A stretch of DNA of 64,000 nucleotides from Blastocatellia bacterium NZW_1522 (GTDB lineage: Bacteria; Acidobacteriota; Blastocatellia; Chloracidobacteriales; Chloracidobacteriaceae). Location of the stretch: NCBI GenBank assembly GCA_039793685.1, contig JBDRAL010000032.1:46193-110192 (forward strand), given 5' to 3'. Positions 7,634-21,490 of the stretch are shown here, one piece after another. The stretch's first letter is position 1, and each line of letters begins with the position of its first letter. The notes under the pieces are model-generated. The model ran no database searches and was not told the DNA's origin. It saw only the letters and a program-made list of their open reading frames with translations. Made by a program: the position numbers and the translations under genes.

Positions 7634-9448
7634 TCAGCAACGTTTCAAAACGATGGCCGTAATGTCGTCGTCGGGCAGACAGCCGGCGGTAAACTTGAGC
7701 GCCGATTCGACGAGAAATTCACAGGCTTCGCGGGCCGGGCGGTGAGCCTGCCGGAGAAAGAGCGTTTCGAGGTGCTGGTAGCCGAACAGTTCCTTGCGGG
7801 CGTTGGACGCCTCGACGATGCCGTCGCTGTAGAGCAGCAGCGAATCGCCGGGGTGCATGACGAAATGTTCGACCGGAAAATTGACCGTTGCCCGGGCGCC
7901 GAGCGGATAGGACCCGATTTCGATGCCGGAAACCACCCCATCCACGGCGCGGAAAAGGTACGGGAAGGGATGTCCCGCGTTCGACAGCGTGACCGCGCCG
8001 GTCTGGAAGTCGATGAGGGCGTAACAGAACGTCATCAGGTTGCGGCGCGAACCGTTTTCGTAAATCAGCGAGTTCATGGCGTTCATCACGCTCTGGACCT
8101 CGCTCGATGCGCCGAGCTGGTTGAGCAGGCCGCCTTTGGCGAGGGCCATCATGAGCCCCGATGAAATGCCGTGGCCGGTCACATCCCCGATGACGACGGC
8201 CATTTTGTTCGTCCCGACGCGGATGAAATCGTAGTAGTCGCCGCCGACGCCCGCCGCCGGACGCGACAGTCCGGCAATTTCGAATCCGGGGACCGTCGGG
8301 TCGCTGCGCGGCAGCATCGACGCCTGAATCCGCGCGGCCACGGCAATTTCTTCTTCGAGCCGCTGACGCTGGAGGCGTTCTTCGAGGAGACGGGCATTTT
8401 CAATCTTGATGGCTGCTACGCTGGAAATCGTCGTCAGCACTTCCAGGTCGGCGGGGGTGAAGCGACGGTCGTACGGATTTTCGATGTAAATCAGCCCGTG
8501 CAGATTTTCGCCGAGCGCCAGCGGTACGGCCATGACCGACCGCATGCCGCTCAACACGATGGATGCCTGACCGGCAAAGCGCGGGTCCTGCTGCGCGTTG
8601 GTCGTCAGCACCGCCGTCCGGGTCGTCAAAACCTGCTCGGTGATGTGGCGGCTGACCATCACGTCTTCCGGTTGGGTCATGCCCTTTTTGGTCCGGGCGA
8701 CCTTGCAGACCAGTTCAGGTTTTTCGCTTTCTTCACCGGCAACGCAGAGCATGAGGTAGCCGCGTTCGACCGGTAATGCCTCGAAGATGAGCGTCATGAC
8801 TTCTTCGAGAACGTCATCGAGTTCCGAGTTCGAAAGGAGCGCCACGCCCACCTTGCTGACGAGCGCCAGCAGATCGCGTTTCCCTTCGTGGATATTCGAA
8901 TTCGAGCCGAGTTCGGTGACTTCGCCGGGAGCGATACTGGACGCATTCGACGCGCTCGACCGGGCGAATTCCTGTGCCCGATTGAGAATTTCGTCGGTCG
9001 TCCGGACAAACCCCATCCCGATGGTCGCTTCCGGGACGGTTGCGGGGGAAGCATTGGAAAACGTGACGGCCTTGATTGGCGGGAGGTTCTGGCTCGGTTC
9101 GTCGGTGAGAAATTCGAGGTCGGTTTCCCCGATGCGAATGACGTCGCCCGATTTGAGATGAACCGGAGTCACCACGAGCGTGCCGTTGTGGTACGTCCCG
9201 TTGGCGCTTTTCAGGTCTTCGAGAATGTAGCCGTGGCGGTCGGCCTTGAGCGCGATGTGCAGCCGGGACGCGAAGGAATCCGGAATGGCAATGTCCGCAC
9301 GGACGCTGCGCCCGACCGTGCATTGCTGCCGGACGAGCATCACTTTTTGCGGCGGATAGCCGGGTGAGCGAATGATGAGCGAGTACATTGTTTCGACAGC
9401 CGTTCGAACCGTTCCGGTTTTCTGAAAATCCCCCGAGCGGGAATCCAC
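7634..9448 (-). CDS. FHA - GAF - PP2C (SpoIIE/RsbU-type) serine phosphatase
   Basis: FHA: CTVGRSVRADIAIPDSFASRLHIAL...LEDLKSANGTYHNG. Central GAF-like region. C-terminal GGDYYDF...GDVTGHG...LLLYSDG PP2C motifs. Start is GTG 9448 or ATG 9388. Confidence 0.85.
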   Translation of the reverse strand: MDSRSGDFQKTGTVRTAVETMYSLIIRSPGYPPQKVMLVRQQCTVGRSVRADIAIPDSFASRLHIALKADRHGYILEDLKSANGTYHNGTLVVTPVHLKSGDVIRIGETDLEFLTDEPSQNLPPIKAVTFSNASPATVPEATIGMGFVRTTDEILNRAQEFARSSASNASSIAPGEVTELGSNSNIHEGKRDLLALVSKVGVALLSNSELDDVLEEVMTLIFEALPVERGYLMLCVAGEESEKPELVCKVARTKKGMTQPEDVMVSRHITEQVLTTRTAVLTTNAQQDPRFAGQASIVLSGMRSVMAVPLALGENLHGLIYIENPYDRRFTPADLEVLTTISSVAAIKIENARLLEERLQRQRLEEEIAVAARIQASMLPRSDPTVPGFEIAGLSRPAAGVGGDYYDFIRVGTNKMAVVIGDVTGHGISSGLMMALAKGGLLNQLGASSEVQSVMNAMNSLIYENGSRRNLMTFCYALIDFQTGAVTLSNAGHPFPYLFRAVDGVVSGIEIGSYPLGARATVNFPVEHFVMHPGDSLLLYSDGIVEASNARKELFGYQHLETLFLRQAHRPAREACEFLVESALKFTAGCLPDDDITAIVLKRC

Positions 9449-9571
9449 GGCAGGGTAGCGAAAAACCGCCCCGACCGGAAGACGGTCACTCCTTCTTCCC
9501 CCTCTGTTTCAACCCGTTCCGAATTGGGACGAGGGGTTGCTTACGTTCCCGAACCGGATTGCGTTCGATTT

Positions 9572-10876
9572 TCAGTTCGCCGGTTTGTATGCCCAGACCC
9601 CTGAGCGACCTTCCTTCATTTCGGACAGGGTACAGACGAAGACGATGCCTTTGCTTTCGGCGATGGCCGAGCAATCCGTGGCCGGGAAAACTTCCGATTG
9701 CCGGACGATCTTCTGCCCCCGATAGTCAATGCCGACCAGCGAACTGTAGGAGATTGAATTCGGGAAGCCGGCCTGAACTTTCGAGCCCGAGCGGTCACCG
9801 TCGTAAACCTTGCGAAAATCGGGTCTCGTTTCGCGATAGGACGTCCACACGAGCGACCCGACCGGGATGTGCCCTTCGCGGCAATACGGGCCGAGTACCC
9901 CCTCCGCGCGCCAGATTTCCTTTCCCGAAAGTACGTCGAGTCCGAGAAAGGCGTAAAGCGTTTTGCCTTTCGCATCCTTGCCGGTGGCGGCGGCAATCAG
10001 GACGCCCTCCTGCATCGCAATGGCCTGACTGCACGGGGAGGCGGTCCATCTGACCGCGCCGGTTTTCAAATCGAGCGAGTACAGGGAATCGACCGCGAAG
10101 GTGGCCTTGCCGCTTCCTTCGGCGATGGTCGTCAGTTCCGAAACGACGAGATAGACGGCGTCTTTTTCAATCCGGCTCAATTTGACGGAATCATTCCGGT
10201 CGAAGGTCCAGAGCTGTTTGCCGGTGCTCCGGTCGTACCCGACGATGACGGTTCGCGTCGCGGTACCGTCGAGCCGCTGCGTTTTCAGAAGAACGACGGA
10301 ATCGTTGGCCCCGATGAGCGTTGCATTCTGGCGCGGGCCGAGTTGCGGGAGCGGCGTTGACCAGCGTTTTTTGCCGGTGGCGGCGTCCACCGCCGTGACG
10401 GTCGTTTTTTCGGTGACGAGGAACTTTTCAATACCGGAAATGACGAAGACGTCGTTTTCAAAGGAAACGAAATCGTCGGTCATTTCGGAAACGTCGAAGC
10501 CGGAGGTTTCCGCACCCGTCTTCGGGTCGGCGACGTGGACTTTTTTATTGAAATCGAGGGTAAAGAGTTTCCCGCCGGAAACGGCGAGGATGCGGGCATC
10601 CGATGAAGTCCGCGACCAGCGTTCCTTTCCCGTGGCGGCATCGAGTGCGTAGGTTTTGTATTCCGAATCCGGTTTTCCGGCGGTAAAACCGGCCAGAAAA
10701 AGTGTTCCGTCGGAAACGAGCGGTTGAGTGACCGAGGCAATCGGAGCAGTCCAGATCGGTTTGATTTCCTCGCCGACCCGGACAGGTTTGGAGAGCGTGC
10801 CGCCGCCGAGGCTACAGGCGGTCAAGCCAAAGGCCGCCGACAACGCGACGGCGAAATTCCGCAGGAATGAAGTCAT
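9572..10876 (-). CDS. PQQ-like beta-propeller lipoprotein (BamB-like fold), paralog A
   Basis: Lipobox LTAC. Repeated ...DAATGKERW / ...TGKKRW / ...TGKQLW / ...TGAVRW propeller blades. About 60 % identical by eye to the next ORF. Confidence 0.7.
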   Translation of the reverse strand: MTSFLRNFAVALSAAFGLTACSLGGGTLSKPVRVGEEIKPIWTAPIASVTQPLVSDGTLFLAGFTAGKPDSEYKTYALDAATGKERWSRTSSDARILAVSGGKLFTLDFNKKVHVADPKTGAETSGFDVSEMTDDFVSFENDVFVISGIEKFLVTEKTTVTAVDAATGKKRWSTPLPQLGPRQNATLIGANDSVVLLKTQRLDGTATRTVIVGYDRSTGKQLWTFDRNDSVKLSRIEKDAVYLVVSELTTIAEGSGKATFAVDSLYSLDLKTGAVRWTASPCSQAIAMQEGVLIAAATGKDAKGKTLYAFLGLDVLSGKEIWRAEGVLGPYCREGHIPVGSLVWTSYRETRPDFRKVYDGDRSGSKVQAGFPNSISYSSLVGIDYRGQKIVRQSEVFPATDCSAIAESKGIVFVCTLSEMKEGRSGVWAYKPAN

Positions 10877-11020
10877 TCCCTGTACTCCAGTTGAATGCGT
10901 GGTGGCCCGGGCGTCTGGAAGGCCCGGGCGTGGTCCGGATGGGCTTCCCTTATCATGAATAATAGATGTTCTTTCCGGATTTTTCGAAATTTGAATTCGA
11001 GGTGGGACTGGCGGTTGGGG

Positions 11021-12313
11021 TCAGCCCGCAATCCTGAAGGCCCAGACACCCGATCGCCCCTCTTTCATTTCGGCTCTGGTGCAGAAATAGATGATGCCGC
11101 CGCTTTCACGGATTTCCGAGCATTGGGTTGCGGGGAACAATTCGGATTGAAACACGATCTTCTTTTCCTTGAGGTTGGAACAGGTGAGGGAACTGAAGGT
11201 TACCGGGAGGGGAAATCCGCCCTCGACTTTCGACCCGGTTCGGTCGCCATCGTAAAATTTCCGGGTATCGCCGTGCCGTTCCCGCGAGGCTTCCCAGACC
11301 AGCGAATTGACGATTACCCGTTCCTGACCGGGAAGTGATCCGGTGGAACCTTCGGATTTCCAGATTTCCTTGCCGGTGGCCGGATCAAGTCCGAAGGTTT
11401 CGCTCAGGTCCTTTCCTTTTTCGTCCCTCCCGAACGCGGATGCCACAAGTACCCCGTCGAGGATTGCGACCGCGTTGTTGCAGGGGGACCGAGTCCATTT
11501 GACGGTTCCGGTCTTCAAATCGACGGCCGAAAGGGTGCCAACCGAAAAGGTGATGGTTCCGCTTCCTTCGGGGAGGCTTTTCGCTTCCGTGCCGATCAGA
11601 TAGGCGGTGTCCTTTTCGAGCCGGCTGAGCGACACCGAAAAATCCCGGTTATGAATCCAGAGCTGTTTGCCGGTGGCCCGGTCGTACGCCACGATGGCGG
11701 ACCGGGTCAACGTATCCACGTTGCGATGAAACTCCAGCATCACGACGCTCGGGTTGGCTCCGACCAGCCTCCCGTATTGCCCCGATCCGATTTTCGGGAT
11801 GGCTGCCGACCACCGTTTTTTGCCGGTGACCGTGTCAATTGCCGCGACCTGCGACGTGCCGGTTATCTGATATTTCTGGATGGCAGTGAGAACGAAGACG
11901 TCGTTTTCAAGGGAAACGAAATCCTCGGTCATCTCCGAAACATCGACACCGGTGACGTCGGCCCCGGTTTTGGCGTCCACGGCATGCACTTTTTTCTCGA
12001 AGTCGAGCGTGAACAGCTTTCCGCCGGAAATGGCGAGAATGCGCCAGTCCGACGATTTTCGCGACCAGCGCTCCTTACCCGTGGCGGCGTCGAGCGCGTA
12101 GGTTTTGTAGGGTGATTCGAGATTTCCGGCGGTGAATCCGGCGAGATAAACGAGGCCGTCCGAAACGAGCGGCTGCGTGAAGGAAGCGATCGGGACGTTC
12201 CAGAGCGGTTTGATTTCCTGACCGACCCGGACCGGTTTCCCGATACTGTTGCAGGCGGTCAGCCCGAGGGCGGCGGAAAGGATGAAGACGAAAGGGCGGA
12301 GGAATGCGTTCAT
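11021..12313 (-). CDS. PQQ-like beta-propeller lipoprotein, paralog B
   Basis: Lipobox LTAC and the same blade motifs, collinear with 9572..10876 over its full length. Confidence 0.7.
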   Translation of the reverse strand: MNAFLRPFVFILSAALGLTACNSIGKPVRVGQEIKPLWNVPIASFTQPLVSDGLVYLAGFTAGNLESPYKTYALDAATGKERWSRKSSDWRILAISGGKLFTLDFEKKVHAVDAKTGADVTGVDVSEMTEDFVSLENDVFVLTAIQKYQITGTSQVAAIDTVTGKKRWSAAIPKIGSGQYGRLVGANPSVVMLEFHRNVDTLTRSAIVAYDRATGKQLWIHNRDFSVSLSRLEKDTAYLIGTEAKSLPEGSGTITFSVGTLSAVDLKTGTVKWTRSPCNNAVAILDGVLVASAFGRDEKGKDLSETFGLDPATGKEIWKSEGSTGSLPGQERVIVNSLVWEASRERHGDTRKFYDGDRTGSKVEGGFPLPVTFSSLTCSNLKEKKIVFQSELFPATQCSEIRESGGIIYFCTRAEMKEGRSGVWAFRIAG

Positions 12314-12348
12314 TCCCGTTCTCCGATAAAGGCGTAGTGACCTGGGTG

Positions 12349-12927
12349 CTATTTCATCACCTCAAGTATCGCCCGGATTTCCCGTCCCCTGATGATGAAT
12401 GACAGATGCTCTTCCCAAAATTTCCGAAAAATCCGCCAGCGACGATTTTTATTGACGGCGTTGACGAGCCATTGAAAACCGATCTTCCTCCACGGGTTGA
12501 GCAGGCTGACTTCGACCGAGACGAGGCGGAAGCGGCTCGTGCCGGTGTAATGCGCTCCCGGATGAGCTTCGGCGAAGTAGTCGAAGCTCGCCGTACTCAA
12601 ATGCCAGCGGTGCGTCGGGTCGTGCCACGATCCTGAGTAGGAATAATGCGGCGTCCGGATGAAGACCTTCGCGCCCGGTCGGGCGACGCGGTGCAGTTCG
12701 CCGAGGAAGGTTTCAATGGCCGCGATATGTTCAATGACGTGGTTGGCGTGGATTTCGTCGAAGGAATCCGGCTCGAACGGGTAGGGAATCGTGTCGAGAT
12801 CGTGAACCACGTCCACGCCGGGAACGGCATGGCGGTCGAGGCCGACCGCGCCCGGCGTTTTGTTCAGACCGCAACCCACGTCGAGAATCGTTCGGTCGCG
12901 AAGTTGCAGGGACGAAGAATCATTCAT
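12349..12927 (-). CDS. Class I SAM-dependent methyltransferase
   Basis: ILDVGCGLNKTPGAVGLD (motif I) and FDEIHANHVIEHI (Methyltransf_11-like). Confidence 0.75.
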   Translation of the reverse strand: MNDSSSLQLRDRTILDVGCGLNKTPGAVGLDRHAVPGVDVVHDLDTIPYPFEPDSFDEIHANHVIEHIAAIETFLGELHRVARPGAKVFIRTPHYSYSGSWHDPTHRWHLSTASFDYFAEAHPGAHYTGTSRFRLVSVEVSLLNPWRKIGFQWLVNAVNKNRRWRIFRKFWEEHLSFIIRGREIRAILEVMK

Positions 12928-12964
12928 GACCGGAGAGGGTTACGCGCCACGCCGCCGGGAAGGT

Positions 12965-14701
12965 TTACTTGTCCGCAAATCCCGTGAAGACGCTTCGCTC
13001 GCGGCCGAGGTCGCGCGCCGCCGGAGTGATGATCGTGTTCCGGTCGGTGTGAATCTTTCGGTTTTCCGTAATCGCCCGCCGAACGTCGTCTTCGCAAACG
13101 AATTCAACCGCCGGTTCGGCTTTTTCAGCCGCCGGAGCGGGAGCCACCGGCGGTATGGGCGCAACCGGGGCTGGCGACGGATGTGAAACCGAAGCGCTCA
13201 ACGCCTGTTCGACGATGGGTTTGCGCTCGGAAAGAAACTGATCGACCAGCGCGGCAATGGCGTTGCGGTCGGGGATGACCGAAGACGCGACGGGGTGCGC
13301 GGACATCCTGTCCGCCAGCGGTTTGTCGGCGGGTGGTGTTTTGCCCGCTTTCGTCACCGGGAAGGTTTCGAAGGCGACGCGCTTGATGTCGAGCAGGTGA
13401 AGCGGGGAAATGTTGTCGGACGTGACGTTGCCGCCCCAGCTTCCGCAGCCGAGCGTCATGCTCGGCGCGAGGTCGGTTGAAAAACCGATGGCCCCGTGCG
13501 TCGTGGGCGTGTTCACGAGGACGCGCGACGCAGGTTGAAGTAGACCGAATTCGCGGATTTTGGCGCGATCCTGCGAATGGATGCCGACCGAATGGCCCAT
13601 TCCGCCGAAGCGGAGAATCTGGGCGCAAAGTTCCGCGCCGGTCTTGAAATCCGGCACGACGTAGTAGGCGAGAATCGGCGAAAGTTTTTCCACCGAAAGC
13701 GGAAAATCACGGCCCACGCCGTCGAGCTTCACCATCATTGCCCGGGTCGTTGCCGGTACGCTGATGCCCGCCATCTGCGCGATGGTTTGAACCGACCGGC
13801 CGACGATTTTGGGATTCAGGCCGCGCGTCGGGGTGACGACCACGCGCGCGAGTTTGGCCGCGTCCTCGTCGTTCAGAAAATATCCGCCCTGCGCTTCAAA
13901 TTCGCGGCGCGCAGTCGCGTCGGACACCGATTCGACCACCACGGCCTGTTCTGACGCGCAGACCGTGCCGTTGTCGAAGGTTTTTCCGGCGAGAATGTCG
14001 GCCACGGCTTTTGAAATGTCGGCCGAACGCTCGATCAGTACCGGTACGTTGCCCGGACCGACGCCGAAGGCCGGTTTGCCCGAACTGTAAGCCGCCCGGA
14101 CCAGCCCGATGCCGCCGGTGGCGAGAATCACGGCGGTGCGCTCGTGCTTCATCAGCGCTTCCGTGCCGCCGAGCGTCGAAATCGTGAGGCAGGAAATCGC
14201 GCCGGGCGGAAGGCCCGCCGCTTCCGCGGCTTCCCGGACGATGCGGACCGTTTCCGTGATGCAACCGGCCGCCGACGGGTGCGGACTCATCACCACCGCG
14301 TTGCGCGACTTGATCGAAATGATCGCCTTGAAGATGGCCGTCGAGGTCGGATTGGTGGACGGAATGATGGCCGCCACCACGCCGCGCGGCGAAGCGATTT
14401 CCATCAGCGTTTCGGTTTCCCGGATGACGCCGACGGTTTTCGTGTGCTTGAAAAACTCGTACACGTCCTTGGCCGCGAACGTGTTCTTGGTGTGTTTGTC
14501 CGCCGCGACGCCGAAGCCGGTTTCCTCGACCGCGAGTTGCGCGAGGCGTTCCGACTGCGCGAGCGCGGCGCGCGACATGGCCTCCACGATGGCGTCGATT
14601 CTGGCCTGATCGAACGTGGCCAGAATCTGCTGCGCGTGATGGGCGTTGACGACGAGGTCGCGGGCCTGTTGGATGGATTGAAGATCGCGGTCCAGCACCA
14701 T
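12965..14701 (-). CDS. CoA-acylating aldehyde dehydrogenase (EutE/PduP/AdhE-N type) with about 100-aa C-terminal extension
   Basis: Catalytic [17 protein letters not shown] fold covers about 470 aa. The tail has an amphipathic [17 protein letters not shown] segment, a Pro/Ala linker and [12 protein letters not shown]...[10 protein letters not shown]. Confidence 0.8.
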   Translation of the reverse strand: MVLDRDLQSIQQARDLVVNAHHAQQILATFDQARIDAIVEAMSRAALAQSERLAQLAVEETGFGVAADKHTKNTFAAKDVYEFFKHTKTVGVIRETETLMEIASPRGVVAAIIPSTNPTSTAIFKAIISIKSRNAVVMSPHPSAAGCITETVRIVREAAEAAGLPPGAISCLTISTLGGTEALMKHERTAVILATGGIGLVRAAYSSGKPAFGVGPGNVPVLIERSADISKAVADILAGKTFDNGTVCASEQAVVVESVSDATARREFEAQGGYFLNDEDAAKLARVVVTPTRGLNPKIVGRSVQTIAQMAGISVPATTRAMMVKLDGVGRDFPLSVEKLSPILAYYVVPDFKTGAELCAQILRFGGMGHSVGIHSQDRAKIREFGLLQPASRVLVNTPTTHGAIGFSTDLAPSMTLGCGSWGGNVTSDNISPLHLLDIKRVAFETFPVTKAGKTPPADKPLADRMSAHPVASSVIPDRNAIAALVDQFLSERKPIVEQALSASVSHPSPAPVAPIPPVAPAPAAEKAEPAVEFVCEDDVRRAITENRKIHTDRNTIITPAARDLGRERSVFTGFADK

Positions 14702-14781
14702 GCGGACTCCCGGTGGGGGATTCGTGGGCGGAATCAGGCGTCAGAAAGGAAGAAAACGGGCGACGCTTCTCCGCCGCGCGT

Positions 14782-15111
14782 TTACTTCTTCTTGTTGTTG
14801 GCGGCGTCGGCCGCGAGGATCTTGTTCAGTCCCCAGCCGTTATCCTCGAACGCCTTTTCGACTTCGGCATGCGGACGGGGAATGACGTGAACGCCGATGA
14901 GTTCGCCAACCCGGCGGGCCGCCGCAGCGCCTGCGTCCGTCGCGGCCTTCACCGCGCCGACATCGCCGCGCACGAACACGGTCACATAGCCCGAGCCGAT
15001 GTACTCCTTGCCGACGAGGACGACGTTGGCCGCCTTCACCATCGCGTCGGAGGCTTCGACGGCACCGACGAATCCTTTCGTTTCAATCATTCCGAGAGCT
15101 TCGTAAGACAT
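14782..15111 (-). CDS. Bacterial microcompartment shell protein, BMC-H (PduA/EutM/CcmK family)
   Basis: [61 protein letters not shown] is a canonical BMC domain. Confidence 0.9.
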   Translation of the reverse strand: MSYEALGMIETKGFVGAVEASDAMVKAANVVLVGKEYIGSGYVTVFVRGDVGAVKAATDAGAAAARRVGELIGVHVIPRPHAEVEKAFEDNGWGLNKILAADAANNKKK

Positions 15112-15198
15112 CGCGGGAAATCCTTACCATTGGGAAATTTGAGTGAAGCAGGAGAGAACCAGCATTCAACCGGTTTCGATGAAGCGTGTCAAGAACTG

Positions 15199-15371
15199 AG
15201 GTGTCGGGTTTCGGGCGAGAACCCGAATTATGAATTATGAATAATGAATGCGTGATGTCGTTTTTCAAAAATTCACACCAGACCCACAACTCGGGATTTC
15301 GTGAAATTCATCATCATTCAAAATTCATAATTCAACATTGGTTTGCGCCTGACACCCGAAACCAGACACCT
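15199..15371. repeat. Imperfect palindrome with heptamer-repeat arms (GAATTAT)
   Basis: Left: aGGTGTCGGGtttcggg...GAATTAT GAATTAT GAATAAT GAATGCG (15225-15252). Right: ATTCATC ATCATTC AAAATTC ATAATTC (15306-15333) ...cccgaaaccagacacct. About 55-nt centre. Confidence 0.8.
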
Positions 15372-15374
15372 TTT

Positions 15375-16793
15375 TTAGAGACTGACCAGCTTGTACACAT
15401 CAAGGTATCGCCGGGCGGAACGCTCCCACGAGAAGTCGGCGGCCATGCCGTTGCGCATGAGGGTCGTCCAGCGGTCCTTGTCGCGGTAGAGCAGCAGGGC
15501 TTCGTAAATCTTTTCGAGAAACCGGTCGGCGCGGTAGGTCGTGAACTTGAACCCGTTGCCAGTGCGCGTCACGCGGTCGAAATCCTGAATCGTGTCTTCG
15601 AGGCCACCGGTAGCCCGGACAATCGGCACCGTTCCGTATTTCAAACTGTAAATCTGGTTTAGCCCGCAGGGTTCATAGGCCGACGGCATCAGGAAGATGT
15701 CGCCGCCCGCTTCCATCTTGTGCGCCAGCTTTTCATTGAGGCCGAAATAGACGCCGACCCGATGCGGAAACTGGTCGCGCAGGTGCTGGAAGAACACTTC
15801 ATACCGCGCGTCGCCTGAACCGAGCAGCATGAAGAACGCTCCGGCGCGCAGCGTCTGCCAGACGGTGTCGCGGATGAGGTCGAAGCCTTTCTGGTCCGAA
15901 ATGCGTGAAACGACGACCACCGCCGGGCGGTCGAGTTCGTGAGGCAGGCCGAACTGGTCGAGCAGGTCGCGCTTGCACTCGCGTTTGCCGGAAAGGTCGT
16001 TCGGGCCGTAATTCGCCGCGATGTGCGGGTCCTTTTCGGGATTCCATTCGTCGTAATCGACGCCGTTGAGGATGCCGAGCAGGTCGTACCGGCGCAGGCG
16101 CAGGAGGCTGTCCATCTTGAAGCCGAACTCTGGTGTTTGAATTTCCTTGGCGTATTGTTCGCTGACCGTCGTGACGCAGTCGGTGGCGAGAATGCCGCCC
16201 TTGAGCGTACTTCCGGCGCCGCCGAACTCCAGTCCGTCGTGGCCGCTTTGCAAATCCCACGGAAGGCCCAGCCGGTCGAGATCGCGAAGGCTGAAAAAGC
16301 CCTGAAACGCGAGGTTGTGAATGCTCAGGATGGTCGCGGTCTTGGAGAAAAACGGATCGTTGGCGAGGGTTGTCCGCAGGTAGACGGGAATCAGGCCGGT
16401 CATCCAGTCGTTGCAGTGAATGACGTCGGGCGGCGTGCCGAGATAACGCGCCACTTCCAGCACGGCGCGGCTGAAGAAGGCGAAACGTTCCACGTCGTCG
16501 CCGTCACCGTAGACCTTGTTGCCGCGATAAAAGTAGTGGAGTTCATCCACGAAGTAGATCGGGACGCCGTTGCGGTATTCCCGAAACAATCCCGCCTCGC
16601 GGACGATTCCGCCAAAGGGAACGGAAATGTTGCCGAGGTATTCGCCCGCCTTGATGAACCCGTATTTCGGGGTTACCACCGTGATGTTCTCACCGAGCGC
16701 GGCGATGGCTTTCGGAAGTGCCCCTGCCACGTCGGCGAGGCCCCCGGTTTTCGAGTACGGCGTGACTTCAGAGGCGGCGAAAATGATGTTCAT
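15375..16793 (-). CDS. glgA: Glycogen synthase (ADP-glucose type)
   Basis: MNIIFAASEVTPYSKTGGLADV N-terminus. ATG 16793 is preceded by GGGAG. The track start 16829 is an upstream GTG. Confidence 0.9.
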   Translation of the reverse strand: MNIIFAASEVTPYSKTGGLADVAGALPKAIAALGENITVVTPKYGFIKAGEYLGNISVPFGGIVREAGLFREYRNGVPIYFVDELHYFYRGNKVYGDGDDVERFAFFSRAVLEVARYLGTPPDVIHCNDWMTGLIPVYLRTTLANDPFFSKTATILSIHNLAFQGFFSLRDLDRLGLPWDLQSGHDGLEFGGAGSTLKGGILATDCVTTVSEQYAKEIQTPEFGFKMDSLLRLRRYDLLGILNGVDYDEWNPEKDPHIAANYGPNDLSGKRECKRDLLDQFGLPHELDRPAVVVVSRISDQKGFDLIRDTVWQTLRAGAFFMLLGSGDARYEVFFQHLRDQFPHRVGVYFGLNEKLAHKMEAGGDIFLMPSAYEPCGLNQIYSLKYGTVPIVRATGGLEDTIQDFDRVTRTGNGFKFTTYRADRFLEKIYEALLLYRDKDRWTTLMRNGMAADFSWERSARRYLDVYKLVSL

Positions 16794-16849
16794 GAAAAGA
16801 CTCCCGGCGGGGCATTTTTTTCTTCCCACGGAGGTACGGCGGAAACGCC

Positions 16850-16885
16850 GAGAACCACGGAGTTTTGAAAAGCTCTGTGGTTCTC
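16850..16885 (-). other. Stem-loop between rho and glgA (possible terminator without U-tract)
   Basis: GAGAACCACGGAG (16850-16862) pairs with CTCTGTGGTTCTC (16873-16885), 12/13 plus a G-U pair. Confidence 0.3.
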
Positions 16886-16914
16886 TTTCTGCGTCTCTGT
16901 GGTGAGAAAAACGT

Positions 16915-18201
<1,287 letters not shown>

Positions 18202-18345
18202 GGTTGTCTGAGTACCTTTCGCCGGACCGGCGACGTGGGATGGGTGCGAGAGATCGGTTCAAGCGTGATGTGACGCAGGATGGAAGCACGCGTCGTGTCA
18301 CAAATTCGGGTTTGTCATGGAACGGTGGGGCGTTCACCTTATGGT

Positions 18346-18945
18346 TCAGCGAGGGGAGGTCGGATTCCTGAAGGATTCGACTCCCATCCGGATGGCCTTC
18401 CAGACTTCGTTGTCTCCCTGCCGGGTGATGGCGGAATAGGGAATGACCGCCGGACCGTAGACCGCCTTGAGTTTGGCGAGCTGGGAAGACAACTGGTTTT
18501 TCGACAACTTGTCGGCTTTGGTCGCGACCACGCAATACTCGCGGCCCGTGGCGACCAGCCACTCATGCATCTGCTTGTCGAGCCGTTGCGGTTCGTGGCG
18601 AGCATCCACGATAAGAATGCAAAACGTCAGCGACTCGCGTTCGTTCAAATACTGTTCGATCATCGGGCCCCACTGCTCGCGAACGGCCAGCGGGACCTTG
18701 GCGAATCCATAACCCGGCAAATCAACGAAGTAGAACGCTTCCTCGATGAGGAAGAAGTTGATGTGCTGGGTTCGTCCCGGCGTACTGCTTGTCCGTGCCA
18801 ATCCCCGTACTTGGAGCAGGGAATTGATCAGGCTGGACTTGCCCACGTTGGACCGGCCGAGAAACGCGATTTCTGGCCGGTTGGGCGCCGGGTAATGATT
18901 CGGCGCCGTGGCGCTCAGAACAAATTTCGCCGATGTGATTTTCAT
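18346..18945 (-). CDS. engB: Ribosome biogenesis GTPase EngB/YihA/YsxC
   Basis: MKITSAKFV...EIAFLGRSNVGKSSLINSL...DLPGYG. ATG 18945 chosen; the track start 18990 adds 15 aa. Confidence 0.85.
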   Translation of the reverse strand: MKITSAKFVLSATAPNHYPAPNRPEIAFLGRSNVGKSSLINSLLQVRGLARTSSTPGRTQHINFFLIEEAFYFVDLPGYGFAKVPLAVREQWGPMIEQYLNERESLTFCILIVDARHEPQRLDKQMHEWLVATGREYCVVATKADKLSKNQLSSQLAKLKAVYGPAVIPYSAITRQGDNEVWKAIRMGVESFRNPTSPR

Positions 18946-19003
18946 GTCCGCGGTTTCGGTCGAAGCGTCGCATCGGCCGGGCCGTCGCACACCTCAGTCG
19001 GGT

Positions 19004-21430
<2,427 letters not shown>

Positions 21431-21490
21431 AAACGCCTTGCTTGAGCCTCCGGTACGACTGGGGAAAAAAAGGACCCGGCGCGTGGCGGG

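Noticed and set aside
10877-11020. Possible relic of palindrome B in the spacer between the propeller paralogs (atgaataatagatg...tttttcgaaattt resembles atgaataatgaatg...tttttcaaaaatt)
   Set aside because: The similarity is short and AT-rich, with no inverted partner arm and no GGTGTCGGG terminus. It is likely chance or ordinary promoter sequence.
12965-15111. Calling this a complete metabolosome locus
   Set aside because: Only one BMC-H gene and one enzyme are present. It is reported as an orphan or satellite pair instead.
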